A DNA stretch of 64,000 nt from Balanoglossus misakiensis (taxonomy: Eukaryota; Animalia; Hemichordata), in NCBI GenBank assembly GCA_040954595.2, contig CM082582.2:11590415-11654414 (forward strand). Reading direction: 5' to 3'. The position numbers and the translations under genes are program-made. Shown here in pieces: positions 53,901 through 64,000 of the stretch (positions within the stretch are counted from its first letter, which is position 1; each line of letters starts with the position of its first letter). Under the pieces are notes generated by a model, which was given only the letters and a program-made list of their open reading frames with translations, did no database searches and was not told where the DNA came from.

Positions 53901-56900
53901 CCAATCGTTATCTGGTGATGGTTGGTCATTTCTCAGTCTCTCAAGAAAATACTTCTGGTCTTTTTGAAATAATACATCATGGAAGGTACATCAGTGATAA
54001 TATATATACATCATGATAAAACTAGGGATAAGACTAAAACAGGTGTGGCACGTGACAAGTTTGGTCCACGAAGACCCAAATCTACTGGACAGAAATGATA
54101 GTTTAACTTTACTGGTACACGAGTCTTTGCTTTAATCTGTCACTAAAAGTTGGGAGGTCGATAAAAAGAGATATTTTTAGTCAAACGAGAAAATGAGAAG
54201 ATCAAGAAAAATATCCCCGGTTGAAAAAATTTTCACGGCAGTGCACGTGGCTCTCTAAACGAGTATCGCTTCATCCACAAAGACCGGAAGGTCCGTGACT
54301 TCACACGGAGGCGCCTACCGACTCGTCAGTGAGTTCACCCCTTTGACTCGTGCTACTAAATTTCAAACGGAGACCTCCATGCGACTAAAGGTTTGACCAC
54401 GGATATCCCCTATACGTTGCCTAATTAATGGTTAGCCGAAAGGTCCACCGGAGATTTATGTCCCATCCCCAAGTTCTCCAGTGTCATCCCCAAGTCCCGT
54501 GCCTCGTAATAACTCCAGAGTAAATAAACCACGAAGATTTATTTGACAGTCGATACTTATTTTTCATTTTCATCTACTCCTAATTTTTGTTCACCAAGAC
54601 CCCTGGCGTCCTTGCCGAGTTCGTGAAAGAGAATGGCATTATGGGTCGTCAACGGCTTTAACTTCATCGCCAGCTGGGTTTCTTTCGTGTGCACAAAAAA
54701 TGGCCAGGCATGCGGGTACATCTACATCAATATTGCTTTTCAAAACTCCAGTATTTTTAAAGACTAGGGATCCGAAACTTTAACTGTTAGTAAATGGCAA
54801 TTCCGAACGAAATCATAACCTAACTTGTTTTCTGAAATAGATACATTCAAAACGAATGTTGCGCGGATAATAAGTTCAACTCTCGTGAGCGTTAAATGAA
54901 TTTAGTTCTCGTCGTCGAGATTATCCACCGATAAACATTTCTAAGAGTCACTACAGATGGCGCTATGCTACACACTGAGGAGCTCCCGAGTTCCTTTCGT
55001 ATGATAGAATACTACAATAAACTTTTTCGTACACACTTGGTTGGGGGCGCACATACTATCATGAAATCGCTGTTTTGAGCACAACTTCCGTTGATTTAAC
55101 CTTTGATAATCGTAATGTCAAACCCTACTGTAACAAGCTCATACATTGGACTAGTAGTTCGGTGACATCACCGGTGAGGTATTTTTGAACGCAAAACAAA
55201 GCAAAGCAAAACAAACGTACCAAAATACAGCACGTTCTCCGCTGACACTGTGCTGAATCAGATGTCGTCCATGGCTTGGTACAATGGCGCCACTACCGGT
55301 GAATAATGAATGTTTTCTATTGGCATCTTCAAGTTCCATCATGTCACTCCATGAGTACGATCATATATTGCCTCCATACAAGTCTCAAATCTAGAATAAA
55401 AGGGAATTGTTTGATTTTTATTAGCATGGTGGAAACAGGACTGACAAAAATAGTGGTCCAGAAAGAAAAATACACAATTTCATGTGGATGTTTGTTATAA
55501 GATCATTTAAGTTGTGTAGCATTATGTACAAAGGTACCAACGTGTCTACAAGATAACCATGCCATATTTCAGCTCAAGCCAATCGTGTGTGTGACCACAT
55601 AGCCTAAATAATTTTCATCTCACGAAAACGGTTTGATACGAGTTTTGGAATGCTGGGTACCAACACTAGCGCCACCAGTGGCCAGATGGAAGGTTGCCAT
55701 CGTAGAGGCGTCATGTTACCCGACCAGACAGTTTATCCCACATTAAAACTGAGTGAAATACTGTACTTTGCATATGAGATAATTAACATATTTGCCCGGC
55801 AGAAAGGTCAGAATCAATCTGCATAGCGCCTTCAGCGACATCGGCAATTTTTCGCTACTGGTTCTGTAGGTAATTGACCAAAAGACCTGACGATTGTGAT
55901 CAAATTCAATGGCTCAATTTTAATGCCAAAACAAAAGCTCAATTGATGGCCGACCGTACGAAGAATGGGAACCGCACAGCGCTTTGAACCTGACTCACAA
56001 GCAGAAAAAATATGCATCCAATTAAAAAACTCTTTCAAGGTTTGCCTCGCTTTCTGTTTGTGTTGTTTTCTTCAATAACATTTTGCCATTCAAAAAGATG
56101 ATAACGATGTTAGTGAAACGCCCATAGCGGTATGTTCGTCTAAATTGTCGTAGAAACACAGCGGAAATAACGCCAATTTGTTAATTACTGCTGACATCGC
56201 GAAGACAACTAGATCTCTTTGGGTTCAAATAGAAACAATTGTAATAATTGTTGGCGTTGGTAATTGTACAATTTCCCGTCTTCCTTGCTGCAGTCTACGA
56301 AAAGGACGATATAATTGTGAATTGAATTTCGAAATTAAGTTGTGCGCGTGAGAAAGCAAATAGCAACAACAGAACCAAATTAAATTAAATTCAAAGACAA
56401 ATTTTGTCTTTAAAATGGCTTAAATTTGTCATTTGTTTATTCCCGGGGTTCATTAAGAGTGTCGAAAATTCCATTATTTTTATTCAAAGATAGCTCGGGG
56501 TAATTTTTACTTCTCTCGATTTCACCTTTATTGAAAAACATATTTATTTAAATATTCCTGTGAGAAAGCAACTGTTACCTGGTCCCAAATGACTGTAAAT
56601 CGCAAAAGTGCTCTAGATTTATGGATGAATGTTATTTTAAAGATCTCGCTTGCTTGGCGTTGTTTCTTTTGCGGATATGCATACGGATTGAGACGAGGCC
56701 TCATATCCAAAACGCATCAGCTTGGCACGTAACAGCTTGTTTGTTTGGGGCTGTGTGTCGAGACACGTTTAAATTTTTATATTTAGTGTACAGTCGTCCT
56801 GAAACATTAATATAGCAATGCTCACGTTTTTGCTCTTCATTTTCTACGTAGCACGAACATTATTTTTCTTTACCAATGTTTGGTAAAAAAATATTGATTC

Positions 56901-59900
56901 GTAAGAAAATATCCTCTGCTGGTACCATTTCTTTGCATTGGGGGCGCTGTTCGTGCTTCTCGCATGTGGTGAAATTAAAGAATTTATGGGAACCTTTGAC
57001 CTCTTTCATTTACCAATTCACTCTGCTCGTGCCAGGCTTATTTTATCATATCGTAAACCACTATGAAGACCGAACTTTCCAAGCGTCTGAAGGCGCCCGT
57101 TCGCCGATAATGAACCGCAGTATCTCTCTCACACGGCCGACTACGCCATTGTATTGATAATTGCGAAGAACTGCCACAGTATTAAACAGCGCGTTATGCT
57201 TCATTAGACGTCTAAGACACACTGGCAGCGCCGGGGTCTTTGAACTTGATTTATGATGTAAAACCCGAGAATGGGATGACGGACAAGCCGTCTTCAGCTT
57301 CCTGGGAACGGGACCGAGGGGAGGGATTACTTTGATTGCCTCGACACACACACGGACGGAGGGCCTTGAGAAAAAAATCTTTCTGGACAAAAATGTTGAG
57401 CTCTCCATTATTTGATTGTATAACAAAACGACAGAAGTTGGGAACACTGGACACTGACTCTTCCCGTGAATGTTTTCTCCGCCTGTACTGGGGGAAAACC
57501 TGTTCTTCATAAAAAAATTGTAAACTGGGTCCACTTGTGGTTTTAGAAAACAACACTAGAAAATGTAGTACGAGCAGCCTACGAAAATGTTGAAACAAAC
57601 AACGTCGTGAGTTACAGCTACTGTTCTTGAGATGGGTCGCTCGTAAAGGGGGTGGCGGACAACGTTTTGTGTTTGTTATCGACTGTGTTGAAAAGAAAAT
57701 GATGAGCTGGGAATGACAGGAGTTTATGGTGTGCCCAAGGAGGTTCAGATTACACTCCCAGTAGCATTAATCGCGGACAATAACGCAAAATATACACATA
57801 CACAGACAGGCGACTGTCTTCCCATCCGCGTTACCTTTGACCCCGGCTGTCAGTGCGAGGGTGTCGTCTTCGTGAACGTTGATATCAATTATCAATGCTA
57901 TCTGTCAGCTCGAACAGACACTACTGAATCAAACTTGGCATAAAACGCCGTCCTAAGAAAACGATGACCAGTACAGTAGCTTTGCAAAACATTGAAAATA
58001 AAAATATTTAACTCTCAGTTCAAGTATATACATGTAAACCTATATCGTCACCAACGAACAACAGTCTGTTATTTCACAGATCATTTTTGCATCCATTCGA
58101 AAATAAGACGCGATCGGGATTTATAGCATTACGACGACACCGCGCGAGATCTCGCGGCAACGGAGGAAGTCACCGGGCGGCTCGAGTAATCTGTATCAAT
58201 CACTGTAATTGACGTGAAAATATTTGTACAGCGGTAATCAAATTTGTCTAGAATCGCTGTATTGACAAAAGTCAACGTACACTTCCCATGATGTACGGCA
58301 CGCAATCCAGTTAGGCTAATAACACGGCGCGAAGAAAGAGCATGGATTTAGCTTCGAAAAATTTATTCCACCTGCGCCAGAATTTTTTTAAATCTCTGGA
58401 AAATGCGGTTTTCAGTCACCAAGGGCATCAAAATAAAGGCGCGAACACAATGGTACAATGAGATTAAAACATATTTGTGTACACAACTCATAAAACGCGA
58501 CGCTGTTCCCAGACATGAGACTCGGGGGAAAATTATTTTGAAACAAATATGATTCATGTTCGCTCGATAAATCAATTTTAACGGTCTGTTTATATTATGG
58601 GACTCATCGTACTAAACAAAATGCGAGATAGACCAACACATTTAAAGGGATTATGTCATTATCACTTTTAACAGTCTCGTTCCTCCCGACATTAGCGCTG
58701 ATAAACCCGTCGCTTTTCTGCAGACACGCAGAACGTATTTATCATTGGTACTTGGATGAATAATGTAAACTTTGCACTGACATGCCAAAGATTTGCCACA
58801 ACTCGGGAACTATTTACGGACACTGAATCAACTGTTTAGAAACATACGCTTAAACACTCCGCAATAATCAAAACAAAAACGTTTTATTGTACTAAACAAG
58901 CGATAATTAACGATACACTCGAGATGTGTTCTCTATTGTGTTTCACCCAGCGCGCTTTTCTCTTTTGTTTATCGCCGTACGCCCTGCGCCAACAACAATG
59001 CATTTCACCCACTGTCAATTTCACTTCGCGCGCCTGATGTCAAGTGCGCCGTGACAAAAAGATAGAACGCGCAAATCTTATCTCTGAATATTGACAGCCG
59101 TTGATTAGTAAGTGTCTCAAAAATGATGGAAATGAAAGATGAATAAAATTGTACCCAGAGACTTTCATTGCTTTCTATAGAGTACACAAATAGAACAGTC
59201 TCGACATATTCAGTGACATATGCTGAAATATTGTGGAATTTTGTGACGCATAATGCTATTTTGGTTTGAATAGCAGGTGTTTTGTGTAGAAGCTAATTGG
59301 TTTAGTGTAAAATTTCATGTTTCCCTCTCTCTCCGACAGTATGTTTGGCCTGCAGTATGTAGCTCTTTGATACATGCACCGAAGACTGTGATTAGATCGT
59401 CAGTGATCAACCGTAAACGATGTAAAGTCTTGTATCGCCCAACGCGATTGTAAATAGTTCCTATCAAATAATCCCCAAACCGGATCATTGGTGCGTGTGG
59501 TCATTTGGAGAGATGGGACGGGCGGAAAAATTCAGCGCATTTTGGACAGAAAGTTTTGCGGCTGTCGGTCGAAGCGCTGCCGCAGGGTTTCTGTCTTGCC
59601 ACGGTGGTGCTGTTCTGCGATAACGAACCGGTGACGGTGTGCGCAATGGCGAGGCGCGGGAACAAATAAACAATGTGTTTATCGCACATTTTCGACCAAA
59701 AGGGGCTGGGGAGGAATAACAACGATAATGTGTTGGCTCACACCTTCCAGCCAAGCAGAAACGTTTTGTTGACACCGTTCATGAATCGGTTTTAATTGTA
59801 AACGACGCGAGAAACAAAGCACCCGATGGGACCAACTGAACCGTGCCTTAATTGTCTTATCTGGTCTTCAAATCTAAATCTTACTTCAATTTTGCTAATC

Positions 59901-62900
59901 GAGGGCATTTGTTTCACTTTTCAGCTTGGCTTGACCACAACAGTTCATCGCAAAATTAACTTGAAACGGGGTGTCTGATCTTCACGCGTTACTTGTAAAT
60001 TACAAGCGCTCTCATGACCGCCGGAGGAAAAATTTATCAAATTAATAGTTTCAGTAGGTGTTGATTATCTGCAGCTGTATGCATATTCGGAGGAACAATG
60101 AATTCAAAAATAGGTATTTCTTACTGAGACAACACATCCAACACAATTAAAATGTAGTTTGTCCAACGTGTCAATAGTTGGATGACGTAGGCCAATCGGG
60201 TTACTTTACTAGTTTTACGTGTGGCATCTATTACGCGAGCAGAGACGGCACCGAGGGTTAATTACTGAGAAGCGAGAAAAACAACTTTGGCTCGGTGACT
60301 TCTGTGAAATTCCACGGAACAAGAGGTTTTGTTGTCTGGCCCAAGGGCAAAGATTAAGCTCGGTATGATTGCGATGGGGCGATGACAAAGACCCGAACAG
60401 GGCTATACCATCGCGACAATTACACATTAGTTTTAAATTAATCTCGGCTAACTCTCAGCCTCGAGTGTCAAATCTCGTTTCTTCTGTCACCCGCTCTTTT
60501 TTCTCTCTCCTAGCGATCTCTGTTTTGTTAGCTTGGCGACATCTCTCGGCAGATAAATTATCTCAATATTAAACATTTGCGGGCGAAAGCGCCTTAAAAA
60601 GTTACGATAATATATTTTGTCATCGTCGCACCGAGACTAAGCCGAGGACGAGGTCAGATCGTGAGAAGAAATGCGTCGAACAAAAAAACGTGCCTGTGTT
60701 GCAGGTCACGATTACTCGATTGTAATCCATGAATGGTCGCCTCCTTGAAACTAATCTCGTGGTTATACAAAGTAAAACCGTTACTTATCACGAAAGGGAG
60801 GGTGTTTTCTGAGACGCAAGATCTAGGGTTGCGTCGGGGAACACGGTCTGTAAACTTGAAGTCCTGTCAAGTTTCGGGGGCCGCGTTATGAAAAGTGTTG
60901 AAAACACAAAAAGAGAGACAAGAGATAGCAAATCCGGATGAAGCCAACATCCTTCCCAATATGTGTACAATCTCTTTTTCTTTCCCTTCTCTCAAGTTAA
61001 CTCGTCAACAGATGAAATTCATGGTTCAACTGCTATCATGTGCTGTATTACTTGCCCGACAGTATATCAATTACTACATTGCATTGCATTATTTGTCTTT
61101 CGGTATAAGTCACATTTTCGCTCACATGCATGGACACGAAAAGGTCACAGTCAAGCGTATTCTTCTCCTCTGAACAAAGCATCACTTTCGCGCTTGTACA
61201 GGAGAAGGTAAAATATTGCTAGATGGCGAGCTGTTTAACTACAAATTTGAAAAAAAGTGAAGATACACACTCAACGTTAGATGATCTGATACATTCACAG
61301 CTAATTATATGAAGAATTCATTATGCACAGTGCACCAAAAAAATAAAGTGTTGACAGTTACGAAAATAGACGGAAGATTCCATCTCCCGCTGTTTCAATG
61401 AAAAGAAAAATCATTTCAATAAGTTATGCGGCTTGTTCGCTTTTGTTTGTTTGCACTTTGTGTGTGTTCGTCGTTGTTTGATTTTCACGTATTAAAATCA
61501 ACACACACTCCGGCCTCATAGAAATATGGCATGGATTGCATTGTAACACTGGGGGCTTGTCTCACCATGACTGTATGCCCCGGGGGCGCGTGTTGCGTAC
61601 AATGTGTATACTTTTGTCTACCTTTTTTGCGGCGTGTTTAGACCACGATTAGAAATTCATTACATTGACAATCTGCCTCAGCTAAGAGTTTCACAGTTCA
61701 CTCCACCCCTTCCTCCGACGTAATCCAAAGCTTTCTCTTTGGTTCACCATTCAAGCAAGACCCCCAAAAGAGAAGCACATTGAATGGAAAACTAAGAACT
61801 GGGATTCTCTAAATATTTATATGGAATCCGACATGCTGTGTCTCACTTAAATGTTGGGAAGTATATCACTCTTTCATAACTGTCTGGTTTGCAGATATAT
61901 TTTGACAGAAAACATCTCCGCGTGCCATTTTTGAGACAGTTATTGTCCGATATATCCAGAACTAAATGCGTTTTGGGAAAAAAAGTGGGACCAAAAAGAA
62001 CATATACTAACATTGTAAATAAATCGTAATTAAGTTATGCTGAGAAAAAAATATCACATGTTTCCAATCTATATGTTCTGTATACTACTTTTCAGTATTG
62101 GTGGCATCCAAAAATTTCCAAATCTAAGCGCTATCACAGCGGTTTTGAAACATTTCGACGCGTGCGTCAGTTCCTATAAACGACATGCAGAGTCGCGAAA
62201 TATTCCGTCTCGGAAGGTCTGTCTTCAAGTTGACCAGATGCTTCGTTTCAAGTGGGTGGCTGGTACCATAAGTATTAAACCATTAGTAGTATCTGACACG
62301 ATAGCGAAGCATGTCCATTGACCCCTGACCCCCCTTCATAAACAGCTTATTTGTATTATTTGGTACTCAGTGTTTTCCATCTCCGGAGAGAGGGCTGTTG
62401 AAAGCATATCAGGATATGAGATTTCCCGGTGCCCGGAGTCAAGATGTTGTTTGACATGATATTGGGGTGTGGGGGGGGGGGTGCACGCGCTCTTTGGACG
62501 GGTACTGATCTCCGCGCCACGGTCAGACCGTAGGCGAATGCCGCGGTGTGAGATTTACAGTGAACTGGAAAGTTCAGAGAGTCCTAAATGAAATGACACG
62601 GGTCCCAGAATCGTGATGCACGTTTGCACTAAAGAAAGATTGAGACAGTCTATCATATCCAATGATCATTAAGAATTTTGCCCCCCACCCCCACCCTCCC
62701 CTACCGCCATTTTAGATGGCTGATGCGCCCAATCCTCAGTGCAAACACACTATTATGTTCATGCTTATTTTGCGTGCATACATATACAGACTTCCTGGCG
62801 AACCGAATCTTTTTCTTTTCTTTAATGAAAACAAACATCCCGAGCAGACATCAAATATTTGAGTTGAAACGAAGTGAAGTATCAACCGAGCTTCTAGTTT

Positions 62901-63392
62901 GAGATGGCTTAGTGCACGCCCTCAGGACATGGTTTGAATTTCTGACCGACCGATTAAAAATGTACCGTTCGAATGCCATGAGCGATATAGGTGGCCTACA
63001 GTATAATACTGGCTATTCAGTCTCTAGTGGACATTGCTGATTTTACACATACTGAAAGGGTCACACATAACATGTGTGTTTGTTTTCAACCCTTTTCCGT
63101 GACTGTCCATTTAATTGTCTATTAATTCAATATTATTTGATTTATACTTCACCATCATGTCTGTTGTACATGTTAGTGTTACCTACACATGTTGTAGTGT
63201 ACCTGCAGTGTACGCCTACTTACAGAAATGATAATAAAATCCGAATATACCCTCTTTTCTATGGGGTGAGCAACTCAATTAGATGTTACAGTTGATATAG
63301 TTAATGAGGGGGGGGGGTAGAGATGAAAATGACAAGTCAAACATTGGAGATAGCTGCACTCATTAATCAAAACAAACAAACACACACGTACA

Positions 63393-63496
63393 CATACATA
63401 CATACATACATACATACATACATACATACATACATACATACATACATACATACATACATACATACATACATACATACATACATACATACATACATA
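63393..63496. repeat. (CATA)26 microsatellite
   Basis: Directly visible perfect tetranucleotide repeat with a CAGA-variant tail. Confidence 0.98.
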
Positions 63497-64000
63497 CAGA
63501 CATACAGACATGACCTTCACCTGCGTTTTATTCTAACGACCAAATGTACGCGTGTCTGCGACTTTATAACACTGCGAAATTCTGCAGGCGCACTGTACAT
63601 TGTGCGTCACAGCTTTAGCGCCCTGGCAAGGCCCATGGGGATACGTCACAAAAGGCGGTAGCTAGCCACCTCTCGCGGGAATATTAGTCTGTGGGCCTAA
63701 AAGAAAGTGTGAGCGGACGGATAAGCAACAGCACAGGTTATTGGGTCTTTCGAACGGCAACAGCTTGAACGGCGTGATGTCTGTGGCCATTTGCTCATTT
63801 AACGAGTTCTAATATTTCAAACCATGCATTTTTTCGTCATTTTTGTTTTGCAAAATCGTTGTCGACATCACGGGGACATTTCGTAACTGCTAATCAATTT
63901 CGCGAATCACTTTCATGTTTTTTTTCTTGCAAGAACGAATATTTTATGCCCTATTCTAGCTGGTATGGCGAACCCCTAGCACCTCACAGATCCAGAAATG

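Noticed and set aside
62905-62940. tRNA/SINE-like A box (TGGCTTAGTG) and B box (GGTTTGAAT)
   Set aside because: The boxes are too close together, with no cloverleaf, tail or TSD.
63275-63661. ORFs with YIHT/VCMY repeats
   Set aside because: Translations of the (CATA)n microsatellite.

Overview
Animal (invertebrate bilaterian, plausibly deuterostome) genomic DNA, not prokaryotic. Bases 1-13506 are a very homogeneous 88-bp satellite (about 153 monomers) running off the left edge. It ends in degenerate, strongly palindromic monomers and a short transposon-terminus-like segment at about 13780-13842. The only supported protein-coding gene is a two-exon FoxF forkhead transcription factor on the + strand (36595-37780 joined to 42417-42577, 448 aa) within a roughly 50-kb non-coding, CpG-retaining landscape. 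Most interesting: the 88-mer is itself a diverged 44+44 fold-back unit that appears to have expanded from palindromic sub-terminal repeats of a DNA-transposon-like element. Two flanking monomers carry independent TA-GGCC-TA insertions resembling excision footprints. The array sits about 23 kb upstream of FoxF, on the side where FoxQ1 lies in the ancestral FoxQ1-FoxF-FoxC-FoxL1 cluster. Non-coding transcript and regulatory hypotheses are speculative and marked as such. All counts and alignments were done by eye.
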